A stretch of DNA of 60,528 bases, from contig JBCCQO010000001.1 in assembly GCA_039024595.1 (NCBI GenBank), forward strand, positions 1-60,528, read 5' to 3'. The position numbers and the translations under genes are program-made. Positions 28,513 to 37,830 of this stretch are shown here, in pieces (within the stretch, counting starts at the first letter, position 1; every line of letters starts with the position of its first letter). Source of the DNA: Pseudomonadota bacterium (GTDB lineage Bacteria > Pseudomonadota > Gammaproteobacteria > Pseudomonadales > Halieaceae). The notes beneath the pieces are model-generated. The model was not told the origin of the DNA and did no database searches. It saw only the letters and a list, made by a program, of their open reading frames with translations.

Positions 28513-29865
28513 CTATCCAGTCGAGGAGCCGGCCCGCCAAACTTCGCTGCGGCGTCTCAGCGCTTGGGCCCGACCTCTAAGCTCTTTGAGAAGTTCCGGC
28601 ATGTCCAAACCGCACAGCTGCCCCTGCTCGACGATCAATTGCCCATCGACGACTACGTGCGTCACGTCATCAGCACGACTCGAATAAACAAGCGCCGCCT
28701 CTGAATCGTAGCGCGGCGCTGTATGCGGCTTGTTCAGATCGACCACAATTAGATCGGCTAGCATGTTTTGTTCCAGCACCCCGCACTCTGGTAAGTGCAT
28801 TGCGAGCGCTGCATCGCGCGTGGCCATCCTGAGCATCTGCTTCACTGGGAGAAGCTCGGGATCCTGATGGTGGTTCTTGTGAGTGATCGCACCGAACTTC
28901 ATCTCCTGAAACATATCCAGCGTGTTGTGGCTCGCCGGCCCGTCGGTCGCGAGACCGACAGTGACGCCGGCGGCGAGCAGCCGCTTGATCGGGAGGATTC
29001 CGGAGCACAGCTTTGCGTTGCTGACCGGGCAGTGAGCCACCTTCGTCTCACTGGCAGCCAGTAGCTCGATATCGTGCTGTGAGAGCGTCGTGCAGTGGGC
29101 GGCCGTAACGTTCCTGCCCAGTACGCCCAGCGACTCTAGCCATGCGGTGGGGCTCACGCCGTGGGTCTCTTCTACATAGCGGTGTTCCTGAGAGCCTTCC
29201 GACAAGTGCGTGTGAATGCTCAAGCAGTGTTCTTCGGCGACGGTCGCACACTTCTCCCATAGTTCTGCGGTGCAGGAATAGGTCGCATGAGGAGAAAGCG
29301 CGACCTGCAGCCGGTTTTCCTGAGACCCATGATGAGCTTTAACGATGTCGCCGAAGTTTGAGAGGGCGTCGTGGGTCCAATCAGCGACCGGGGCATACAA
29401 GCCTATATCGGCAAAGCCGTAGCCGAGCGTTGCGCGCAGGGGTACCTGGCCCAGAGCGTCAATCTGCGGCGAAACCGAATAGGCGTCGAAGTGCTCGTTA
29501 AAACTGGTGATACCGGCGAGCGCCATCTCGGCGAGACCAGCAAGGCTCGCGAGTTTCAGCGTTTCGTGGTCGAAGTTCTTCTTGAGTCGCCACATACTCT
29601 GGAGCCATTCGAACAGCTTGGCGTCTTCGTTGAGACCGCGTAGCAGAACGTTCGAACCGATGTGAGTGTGGCAATTGCTGAATCCGGGCATGATCACCTG
29701 ATCCGCGGCATCCAGCGTCTTTTGCGCGGTGTAGGGGCCGATATGCTCGGGCGTTCCTACCGCGATTATTCTGTTAGCTCGGACCAGCACGATCCCGTTC
29801 GGGATCGTGCCGGCAGTTCCCATAGTGAGAACCTCACCTCCTATGATGGCGAGGTCCGCGTCCAT
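28513..29865 (-). CDS. Amidohydrolase, MTA/SAH-deaminase (COG0402) family
   Basis: PGF.NCHTH, PHA.Y, HTHLSE, AHC, HCP.SN.KL.SG, TDG..S.N.LDM, AD motifs. Confidence 0.9.
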   Translation of the reverse strand: MDADLAIIGGEVLTMGTAGTIPNGIVLVRANRIIAVGTPEHIGPYTAQKTLDAADQVIMPGFSNCHTHIGSNVLLRGLNEDAKLFEWLQSMWRLKKNFDHETLKLASLAGLAEMALAGITSFNEHFDAYSVSPQIDALGQVPLRATLGYGFADIGLYAPVADWTHDALSNFGDIVKAHHGSQENRLQVALSPHATYSCTAELWEKCATVAEEHCLSIHTHLSEGSQEHRYVEETHGVSPTAWLESLGVLGRNVTAAHCTTLSQHDIELLAASETKVAHCPVSNAKLCSGILPIKRLLAAGVTVGLATDGPASHNTLDMFQEMKFGAITHKNHHQDPELLPVKQMLRMATRDAALAMHLPECGVLEQNMLADLIVVDLNKPHTAPRYDSEAALVYSSRADDVTHVVVDGQLIVEQGQLCGLDMPELLKELRGRAQALRRRSEVWRAGSSTG

Positions 29866-29882
29866 CTCGGACGCGCTGGGGT

Positions 29883-31877
29883 CTAAGCCGATAGCAACGG
29901 TGCGATAACCAGGCTGACAATAGCCATCACGTTGATGAGGATGTTCATCGAAGGTCCGGAGGTATCCTTGAACGGATCACCGACCGTGTCGCCTACGACT
30001 GCGGCCGAATGTGTTTCCGAGCCCTTACCACCTAAGTTGCCCTTTTCGATGTATTTCTTGGCGTTGTCCCAGGCACCGCCCGCGTTCGCCATCATCAGCG
30101 CCATCAATACGCAGCCAAGAAGCGCTCCGCCGAGCATTCCGCCCAGGGATGAGGCACCAAGGCCAAAGCCTACAATTACCGGTGCGCCCACTGCGATTGC
30201 ACCCGGCAATATCATCCGACGCAACGCTGCGGTTGTGGCGATCTCTACACAGCGTGCGGTATCGGGCTTCGCGGTGCCTTCGAGCAATCCTGGAATTTCG
30301 CGGAATTGACGACGAATCTCATTGATCATGTCAAAGGCCGCGTCTCCGACAGCTGTCATGGTGATGGATGCGATCAGGAACGGAATGGTGCCGCCGATGA
30401 ACATCCCGACAAGCACAGTGGGGTCGGACAGTTCGAGCGCAAATTCCGGGTTGTTCGCCTGGACGGTCTCGACAAACGCGGCGATGATAGCGAGCGCCGC
30501 GAGAGCCGCAGCGCCGATGGCAAATCCTTTTCCTATGGCGGCCGTGGTGTTCCCAACCTCGTCCAAACCGTCGGTGATCTTGCGCGTCTCCTCACCCATG
30601 CCAGCCATCTCGGCGATCCCTCCCGCGTTATCTGCGACAGGGCCGTACGCGTCGATGGCCATGGTGATTCCCACCGTGGCAAGCATGCCAACGGCGGCGA
30701 TACCCACGCCGTATAACCCGGACAGCGACGTGGCGACCCAGATGATGGCGGCGAGAAAGAGGATGGGTAGAACCACGGACTGCATGCCCACGGCCAGACC
30801 CGTGATCATGACCGTCGCCGGCCCGGTCTCACCGGACTGGGCGATCTTCACAACAGGCTTGGATCCGGTGTAGTACTCGGTGATCAACCCGATCAGAACA
30901 CCGCCGACGGCACCTGCCACAACGCACCACCATACATTGCTTTCAAGTCCGAGCTGGCCGGTCAACACCCACGCGAAAGCCACGAAGATGGCCGGTGCGA
31001 GGAGGGTGCCGGAGCGCAGCGCTGCCTCTGGAGCCGCCGAGGAACGCATGCGAACGATCGCGATGCCAATGATCGAAGCGATGAGCCCGGTCGACGCCAG
31101 TGCGAGCGGCAGAAACATCAGCGCGGCCTGAGTGGCCACCGCCATGGTCGACGCGATCGCGATGCATGCGATCATCGACCCGCAATAAGACTCAAAAATA
31201 TCCGAACCCATGCCGGCGATATCGCCCACATTATCGCCCACGTTATCGGCGATCACTCCTGGGTTCCGAGGGTCATCTTCGGGAATACCAGCTTCAACTT
31301 TACCCACCAAGTCCGCGCCTACATCGGCACTTTTGGTGTAGATACCGCCACCGACTCGCGAGAACAGGGCGACGACCGAAGCTCCCATGCCGAAGCCGTG
31401 GATTGCCTCCGCCGTGTGCGGATCACCACCGAATAAATAGTACAGGCTTCCCAGTCCAATCAAGCCAAGCGACGCGACGCACAGGCCCATGATCGACCCG
31501 CCGTAGAACGCGATCGACAGGGCGGATGCCTGGCCATCTGTATTGGCGGCAACCGCCGTGCGAACGTTCGCTTTGGTGGCGGCAAACATGCCCAGAAAGC
31601 CCGCGATAGCGGATGACAGCGCGCCAGCGACGAACGCTATGGCGGTATTAGTACCCAATGGTGATAGAAAGATGCCAACCAGCAGTACGACCGCGAATAT
31701 CGCCAGCATTTTGTATTCGCGTTGCATAAACACCATGGCTCCCAGATGGATCTGGTCGCCTATGGATTTGACTTCGCCGTCGCCCTGGTCGTAGCCGTTA
31801 AGAATTCGGTAGATAACGAACGCAATAGCTAACCCGCCCAAGCCGAGAATCGGCGGGTAGAGTAAATAGTCAGACAC
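29883..31877 (-). CDS. hppA: Membrane-bound cation-translocating pyrophosphatase, K+-dependent type
   Basis: [56 protein letters not shown]. Confidence 0.97.
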   Translation of the reverse strand: MSDYLLYPPILGLGGLAIAFVIYRILNGYDQGDGEVKSIGDQIHLGAMVFMQREYKMLAIFAVVLLVGIFLSPLGTNTAIAFVAGALSSAIAGFLGMFAATKANVRTAVAANTDGQASALSIAFYGGSIMGLCVASLGLIGLGSLYYLFGGDPHTAEAIHGFGMGASVVALFSRVGGGIYTKSADVGADLVGKVEAGIPEDDPRNPGVIADNVGDNVGDIAGMGSDIFESYCGSMIACIAIASTMAVATQAALMFLPLALASTGLIASIIGIAIVRMRSSAAPEAALRSGTLLAPAIFVAFAWVLTGQLGLESNVWWCVVAGAVGGVLIGLITEYYTGSKPVVKIAQSGETGPATVMITGLAVGMQSVVLPILFLAAIIWVATSLSGLYGVGIAAVGMLATVGITMAIDAYGPVADNAGGIAEMAGMGEETRKITDGLDEVGNTTAAIGKGFAIGAAALAALAIIAAFVETVQANNPEFALELSDPTVLVGMFIGGTIPFLIASITMTAVGDAAFDMINEIRRQFREIPGLLEGTAKPDTARCVEIATTAALRRMILPGAIAVGAPVIVGFGLGASSLGGMLGGALLGCVLMALMMANAGGAWDNAKKYIEKGNLGGKGSETHSAAVVGDTVGDPFKDTSGPSMNILINVMAIVSLVIAPLLSA

Positions 31878-32008
31878 TTAGGTTTTCCTTATAGATTTCC
31901 CCCGAGGCGGAGTATGGGGAAAAACGCGCGGTAGCGGAAGAGCCGTGCTCAGGACGAGGGTGACCTGAATCCCAGGGTTTTAGATGATTAGGGCTGGCGT
32001 GACCGTGC

Positions 32009-32950
32009 TCAGGCGGGGTTGCCGGCCGATCCTTCTCTAAACTCAGGAACCACCCTTTTAAGCACATCCCAGTAGCCGTTCGCGATCGCATCCGGGTGCT
32101 TCGCGTAGAATCCTCGGGTCACCAGATGCTGATGCAGATCGCGAAGACGCCAGGCAGGCACGCTTGGCAGTAAGTGATGCTCTATGTGATAGCTGACATT
32201 GTTGGGCGCCAGTATCAGGCGCTCGAGCCAGTTAGCCCGGGTTGTTCGCGTATTACCCCTGGGATCCGGCTCGTACAGCCCGGGAACGTTGGCGTGTTCC
32301 GCGATCTGTCGGATTCGGGCAATCAACGGATAGGCTGTCAGATACGCCACTACCCAGAGCAGATAGAGTTCCGCCTTCCCAAAGGCAGCAAGCACCAGGA
32401 GCATTGCCATATTTACAAACAGGCCCTGGCGGGCTTTATTGGTTTTTTCACCGTCTCTCATGGTCATGCGATTACCCACACCGCTCAGTGCGCTCGCAAG
32501 CAGCTTGCTTCCGGTGCGGCCCGTCACATCCCGTGTGAACTTGCGCCGGAAGCTGGCTAGTGAAATTGGGTATTTCTCGTAGTTGGGTAGATCCGGATCG
32601 TCGTGAGTGCCGGCCAGCCGATGGTGCTCGCGGTGGGATGCTCCGTAGGCGTCGCAATCCGCCAGGATCGGATAAGCGCCAAACCACTGACCGACGGTCT
32701 GATTGAGTCGCGGCGTCTTGAACAGAGTCTTGTGACCCGCCTCGTGCATGAGTACCGCGAGGCCAAGCTGGCGGCCTCCGAGAAGTACGACAGCAATGAA
32801 AAGCGTAAAAGGGTTTGTCCAGACAGCGCTGACCGTGAAAATCGCGATGATGATCAGCCAATTCTGTAATACCAGCCAGCCGCCGCGCCAGTCGCTGCGC
32901 GTGCAAAAGTCTGCCAGCTCTTCCCGTGAAAGATAGTCTTTTATTTTCAT
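32009..32950 (-). CDS. Membrane fatty acid desaturase family protein
   Basis: His boxes HEAGH, HREHH, EH, HIEHH. Confidence 0.9.
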   Translation of the reverse strand: MKIKDYLSREELADFCTRSDWRGGWLVLQNWLIIIAIFTVSAVWTNPFTLFIAVVLLGGRQLGLAVLMHEAGHKTLFKTPRLNQTVGQWFGAYPILADCDAYGASHREHHRLAGTHDDPDLPNYEKYPISLASFRRKFTRDVTGRTGSKLLASALSGVGNRMTMRDGEKTNKARQGLFVNMAMLLVLAAFGKAELYLLWVVAYLTAYPLIARIRQIAEHANVPGLYEPDPRGNTRTTRANWLERLILAPNNVSYHIEHHLLPSVPAWRLRDLHQHLVTRGFYAKHPDAIANGYWDVLKRVVPEFREGSAGNPA

Positions 32951-33042
32951 GGTTTGACGCCATGTATATTGAACACAGAATGTAACATGTAACGCCTGTT
33001 TTGGGCATTAGCCGTTATATTTTTTTATGTTAAGAACTGTTT

Positions 33043-33849
33043 GTGCTGCCTGAGTTCATCAATAAGTCACCCACTCCTAAACGGCTCGTTCTTTCGCTGC
33101 TTAGTGCAAGAGGTATGGCTAAGACCAGTGCTGCCCAATGCACGCAGTGGGGCTCGCTGTTTGAGATTGAGGCGAGTGCCATGCGTGTGACCCTTGGGCG
33201 CATGGTGAAAGCGGGCCTGCTCACGAGCGTTGCCCGAGGGCAGTACTCGATCGGACCGGCGGGTAGAGCGTTGAGCGAGGCCGCTCAGAGCTGGATCAGG
33301 GCAGAGGATCGGGTGGGAGCCTGGAGTGGAGGATGGCTTCTGATTCATGCGGTTCACGTTCAGCGGCGAGACAAAAAAGCCGCCCGGAACCGTGAGCGTG
33401 CCCTACGCCTGGAGGGCTTTAAGCCCAGCTATCGAGATCTTTGGTGCAGGCCTGCCAACTACTCAGAGCGGCTCAGCGATACCCGGGATCGGTTAATGGC
33501 TCTGGGTCTTGAACGTGAAGCGGTGATGGTCCACAGCCTTGAACTGCACATGGAGGGCGTTGATCTCACGAGTCTATGGCCGAGGCGCAAGTTGGAATCC
33601 GGCTACCTGAAAATGACGGAGCTTATGCAAATCAGTGAAAAGCGCCTGGCCCAAATGCCCGTGGACCAGGCAGCGCGCGAGAGTTTTCTGGTCGGCGAGC
33701 ATGCGATACGACTTATTAATTCAGATCCGATGCTGCCCGATGCGATGATTGATGGAGCTGCGCGTCGTAAGATGCATGCCACGATGGTTCACTATGATCA
33801 GCTAGGACAGAGCGCCTGGCAGCGCTTTCAGGCAGAAATACTCTCGTAG
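33043..33849 (+). CDS. PaaX-family transcriptional regulator
   Basis: N-terminal wHTH (RV.L.R....G.L...RG.Y), W.G.W, L...GF, W.RP.N, DP.LP. Confidence 0.85.
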   Translation: MLPEFINKSPTPKRLVLSLLSARGMAKTSAAQCTQWGSLFEIEASAMRVTLGRMVKAGLLTSVARGQYSIGPAGRALSEAAQSWIRAEDRVGAWSGGWLLIHAVHVQRRDKKAARNRERALRLEGFKPSYRDLWCRPANYSERLSDTRDRLMALGLEREAVMVHSLELHMEGVDLTSLWPRRKLESGYLKMTELMQISEKRLAQMPVDQAARESFLVGEHAIRLINSDPMLPDAMIDGAARRKMHATMVHYDQLGQSAWQRFQAEILS

Positions 33850-33897
33850 AGACGAGACCTGAAGAATCAGAAACACAAGAACTGGGAAACTCAAAGA

Positions 33898-34737
33898 ATG
33901 AGCGATAACACATACACACCTCCAAAGGTCTGGACTTGGGATGCAGAAAGCGGCGGGCGCTTCGCCAACATTAACCGCCCGATCTCTGGTTCGACCCACG
34001 ACAAAGAACTACCTGTGGGTGAGCATCCACTACAGCTCTACTCTCTTGCGACACCTAACGGCGTCAAAGTTACCGTTATGTTTGAGGAACTGCTGGCGCT
34101 CGGTCACAGCGGTGCTGAGTATGATGCCTGGTTGATCAATATCGGTGAGGGCGATCAGTTTGGCAGTGGCTTTGTTGGAGCCAATCCCAATTCAAAAATC
34201 CCAGCGCTGATGGACCATAGTGAGGATGAGCCGGTTCGAGTTTTTGAATCGGGCGCAATTCTGCTGTACCTGGCCGAGAAGTTCGGCGAGTTTGTGCCTG
34301 GATCTCTTCGCGAACGCGCCGAGTGCTACGCCTGGCTGATGTGGCAAATGGGGAGCGCGCCTTATCTGGGCGGTGGCTTTGGGCACTTCTATGCCTACGC
34401 TCCCGAGAAGTGGGAGTACCCGATCAATCGCTTTGCTATGGAAGTGAAACGCCAGCTCGATGTGCTGGATAAGAATCTCGCTGATCGCAGGTTTTTGTGC
34501 GGTGATGAATACACCGTTGCCGATATCGCTACCTTTCCCTGGTATGGAGCATTGGTGATGGGCAAACTTTATGAAGCTGGTGAGTTCCTCGACGTGAATA
34601 GCTACACGCACGTGTTGCGTTGGGCCAACGAGATCTTCGAACGCCCTGCGGTGGTTCGCGGTCGCCGGGTAAATCGCGCGTGGGGTGACGAAGACGGCCA
34701 GGTTCACGAGAGGCATTCCGCGTCTGATCTGGACTAG
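33898..34737 (+). CDS. yghU: GSH-dependent disulfide-bond oxidoreductase
   Basis: YTPPKVW, INRP.SG, LYSLATPNGVKV, NPNSKIPAL, GGGFGHFYAYAP, ERH.A.D. Confidence 0.95.
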   Translation: MSDNTYTPPKVWTWDAESGGRFANINRPISGSTHDKELPVGEHPLQLYSLATPNGVKVTVMFEELLALGHSGAEYDAWLINIGEGDQFGSGFVGANPNSKIPALMDHSEDEPVRVFESGAILLYLAEKFGEFVPGSLRERAECYAWLMWQMGSAPYLGGGFGHFYAYAPEKWEYPINRFAMEVKRQLDVLDKNLADRRFLCGDEYTVADIATFPWYGALVMGKLYEAGEFLDVNSYTHVLRWANEIFERPAVVRGRRVNRAWGDEDGQVHERHSASDLD

Positions 34738-34803
34738 CAACTACAGACGTGAGTTCGGGGCGTCAGCGAGAGGGCCCAAGCCTAAGCATCGGTATGCCTT
34801 GCG

Positions 34804-35400
34804 TTACGTCATCCCCACATATCCGGGCTGGGACTGAATGGCTCCGATCCAGCGCTGCACGGCGGGGTAGTCGGTTAGATTAAATCCGCCTTCATCGGCG
34901 ACGTGGGTGTAGCCGTACACGCAGACGTCAGCTGCGGTGAGCTGTGCACCGAGCAAAAACTCCGTGTCCTTTAGTTGCTCGTCAACCACAGCCAGCGCTT
35001 TGCGGCCCCCCGGCTGCTTTGCTTCGTATTCCTCGCGCCGATTTTCTGGCATGTTCAGATATCTCGCAATAAATCGTGCCACTGCTATGTAGGGCTCGAT
35101 GCTGTACTGCTCAAAAAACTGCCATTGCTGGACTTTGGCGAGCGCAAAACGTTCCTCGGGCAGGTATCGGCTGCCTGCCGCAAGGTAATTCACGATTGCG
35201 TTGGATTCCGACAGAGTCAGGCCATTTTCGAGTTCAAGAACAGGGATCTTCCCAACAGGATTACGGTTCAGAAAGTCCGGGGTTGCTGTCTCTCCTGCCA
35301 GGATGTCGACGTGGACCCACTCATGTTGAATGTCCAATAGCGAACAGATCAGCCGAATTTTGTAGCAGTTACCTGATCGTAGATCTCCATAGACTTTCAT
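34804..35400 (-). CDS. Glutathione S-transferase family protein
   Basis: SGNCYK, NP.GKIP.L, ESNAI, W.FFEQYS.EP, YTHVA.EGG. Start set at ATG 35400. Confidence 0.92.
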   Translation of the reverse strand: MKVYGDLRSGNCYKIRLICSLLDIQHEWVHVDILAGETATPDFLNRNPVGKIPVLELENGLTLSESNAIVNYLAAGSRYLPEERFALAKVQQWQFFEQYSIEPYIAVARFIARYLNMPENRREEYEAKQPGGRKALAVVDEQLKDTEFLLGAQLTAADVCVYGYTHVADEGGFNLTDYPAVQRWIGAIQSQPGYVGMT

Positions 35401-35623
35401 GGCTAACCCAAGCATCTTAAATAGAGGACGATAAGGGCCAAGGTTAGCAACTTGGCACAACCGGTGCCCGTGTCCGGGCTTTTGGGTGACGACGGACCCC
35501 GATTAGAATGAGCTGAGCCACCGGAAGCCTGGACCTCGGATCGCATCGGGCCGCAGTCGAGATTCTCTGATGGTTTTAACTGCTGTACTGCCCAAGACCC
35601 CAGGCACGGAATAACAAGACGCT

Positions 35624-36892
35624 TTGAACAACGTAAAGGCCGTAACCGGCGCACTAAACATAGTATCTGCGGTGTTTTTTTGTCTGCTCACGAGCGTGCC
35701 GAGCTATGCCCATCTGCCTGAGTATCTCGGGCGGCGCTATTTTCTGGAGCCAGACCCCGCCCCCCAAATACCCGAGCCCTGTCGAGGTGATCGTCCTGCG
35801 CTGCGCGCCCAGATCCAACAAGTTGAGCAGGCCATCAACAACGTTGAACTACCTGATGGCGCCTACACGGCGGCGCTCGTTGACAGGCAAGCCGAGCTGG
35901 GACGCCTGTACGCTGAACTATGTAACCACCCTGCATCCCTCGATGAATACCGCAAGGCGCTCCACAGTGTTCGGGTGAATGACGGTCTGATGACCAAAGC
36001 CCAGCTTCCGTTTTTGCGAGCTCTGGCAAAGAGTTACCGGGCTATCGGAGATGTGGAGTCTGCACAAAACAGCCTGCGCCAGGCCTTTCGAATTCACGGC
36101 TATGGCAGGTCGGAACTCGATGAGCAGGCGCTGGCTGATTGCCTTGCCTATTTCCAGTTAGCACGCGAGTTGTACACCGACCCTCGGTACCGGGCAGACG
36201 CCAGGCTGTTCTTCGAGGCCTATCAGGACAATCGGGAAATGCTGGAAGCGCAGCAGGCAGGGTCGCTGGCATACACCGATTTTGAAATGCTGGCGCTGAG
36301 CCATCTCCGGAATCAATACCTGCTCCTCGGTACAGATCCCCAGGGAGGTGAAGGTCCCGCCATCGAGGACACCAGCGCGTCCTGGCAGTTTCTGGTGCGA
36401 ACGCAGGTGTTGGTCTACGCACGAGGCGCGGAGCTGCTGGAAGACCTTATTCAGCGCGCAGCCGATCAACCGGTTGCCACGCGCGCGCGATTGCATCTGC
36501 GCATCGCTAACTGGCACCAGTGGAACATCAAGTACACCCGCGCGTGTAGAGCCTACCGGGTAGCCCTGGCGCTCGCGCAGGAGGCGAATGAACAGACGTT
36601 GATCAACCGACTCAGTCTGCCCGCCGAACTACCAGAGGATGAAGAGCTCTGGGCTCACCTGATGGCGCCGGATGTACCGGTGATGGGGCGTGCCGTTGCA
36701 AGCTATCGCATCTCCCATCGCGGTGATGTCTCGCGGGTCCGAACCGAGGGAATCGATGACGAAGATCCTGAGTCATCGCCGGCGGGACGCCTGCGGCGCT
36801 GGCTTCGAGATTCGCACGCCCGACCGGCCGTGATTGACGGTGAATGCGTCGCGGGTGAACTGAGTGAGCGTGTTTATCGTGTCATCAAATAG
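35624..36892 (+). CDS. Exported helical-repeat (TPR-like) protein with possible TonB-C-like tail
   Basis: Signal peptide; A.H..RVN.GL....Q motif; helical repeats; C-terminal ISHRG.V...RP...DG. Confidence 0.6.
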   Translation: MNNVKAVTGALNIVSAVFFCLLTSVPSYAHLPEYLGRRYFLEPDPAPQIPEPCRGDRPALRAQIQQVEQAINNVELPDGAYTAALVDRQAELGRLYAELCNHPASLDEYRKALHSVRVNDGLMTKAQLPFLRALAKSYRAIGDVESAQNSLRQAFRIHGYGRSELDEQALADCLAYFQLARELYTDPRYRADARLFFEAYQDNREMLEAQQAGSLAYTDFEMLALSHLRNQYLLLGTDPQGGEGPAIEDTSASWQFLVRTQVLVYARGAELLEDLIQRAADQPVATRARLHLRIANWHQWNIKYTRACRAYRVALALAQEANEQTLINRLSLPAELPEDEELWAHLMAPDVPVMGRAVASYRISHRGDVSRVRTEGIDDEDPESSPAGRLRRWLRDSHARPAVIDGECVAGELSERVYRVIK

Positions 36893-36935
36893 CTGGAAGC
36901 GGAGCGTAGCTCACCCGTCGGCTCCAAAAGCTCAC

Positions 36936-37544
36936 TTATACTGCCTGCCTTTCGATCGCCATCGAATCAGTTTGTAAGTCTCGAATAGCCTTCTCGAAAC
37001 TTTCCAGCGCCATGTTCTTCCACTGCTGATAGTCCATGATTTGGCCTATCACGTGATGGCGCAGGCTCACATAGCCGTGCAGGGTCGCCCACAGACGCAA
37101 TGCGGCCCGTTGGCGAACTCCAGGGCTGGCTTGGTTCGAAAGCAGACCTGAGACTTGCGTTACCAGGGCGTCGAACGCCAGTGCCGCGGCGCGAGTCGCA
37201 CCTTCGGATGGTTCGTAGTCGCTACCGGTCTCACCAAAAATCAGGCGATAGTGTCCCTCGTGATCATGGGCGATAGCCAGGTATCTTTCGCCGCTTTCCA
37301 TCGCGGCTTTGAGTGGATCCCGCAGATTCGCTACCGATTCAACGGCACTCTGAACCAGAGCGAAGCCTTCGATGTACAGCGCATCCAATACCCCCTGTTT
37401 TCCCTGAAAATGACTGTAAATCGCTATCGTCGACAAACCGGCTTCGGTAGCGATGGCGCGAACACTCAAGCTGGCGAGTCCGCCGCTGGCCAGCAGCTTC
37501 GAGGCCGCTAATAGAATTCGCTCTTTATTGCTGCGCTCCGACAT
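36936..37544 (-). CDS. TetR/AcrR regulator with WHG-type C-terminal domain
   Basis: IL.AA..L...G...S.R.IA..AG.S...IY.HF.GK; W..LHG. Confidence 0.93.
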   Translation of the reverse strand: MSERSNKERILLAASKLLASGGLASLSVRAIATEAGLSTIAIYSHFQGKQGVLDALYIEGFALVQSAVESVANLRDPLKAAMESGERYLAIAHDHEGHYRLIFGETGSDYEPSEGATRAAALAFDALVTQVSGLLSNQASPGVRQRAALRLWATLHGYVSLRHHVIGQIMDYQQWKNMALESFEKAIRDLQTDSMAIERQAV

Positions 37545-37553
37545 ACGCCTATC

Positions 37554-37599
37554 TTGACGATTGGAAATAACAGCGTTATGTTAAGCATAACAACGTTAT
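37554..37599 (+). promoter_or_regulatory. sigma70 promoter (TTGACG-17-TATGTT) overlapped by two palindromic operators ATAAC-N3-GTTAT
   Basis: -35 at 37554-37559, -10 at 37577-37582; operators at 37567-37579 and 37587-37599; lies between the divergent tetR and oxidoreductase genes. Confidence 0.75.
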
Positions 37600-37776
37600 T
37601 TATCAATTCGGTTCTTAAGACAAATTCGGCTAATCGAGCAGTATCCGATGCATTCGGTGAGCCTGGTCATGTGACTCTATCTAGGATTAGAGAACCCTGG
37701 ATGACGCTGTATTTCAGTCATCCTGATCTCATGACTTGTCGAAGCTGCCCAAATGCAGCGCCGATACGACATCGAC

Positions 37777-37817
37777 ACAACACCGAAACAACACCGAAAC
37801 AACAACGAAACAACACC
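37777..37817 (+). repeat. 11-bp tandem repeat ACAACACCGAA, about 3.7 copies
   Basis: Units at 37777, 37788, 37799 (one mismatch) and 37810 (partial), just before the GGAG RBS. Confidence 0.9.
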
Positions 37818-37830
37818 TAGGGAGTGACCA

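Noticed and set aside
31878-32008. Na+-sensing riboswitch upstream of hppA
   Set aside because: Only a simple TTTCCCC/GGGGAAA hairpin and an 11-bp repeat; no recognisable aptamer.
37777-37817. Short tandem repeats (also 41361-41390 and 10297-10337) as CRISPR arrays
   Set aside because: Units are too short, there are no unique spacers of CRISPR length, and no cas genes.
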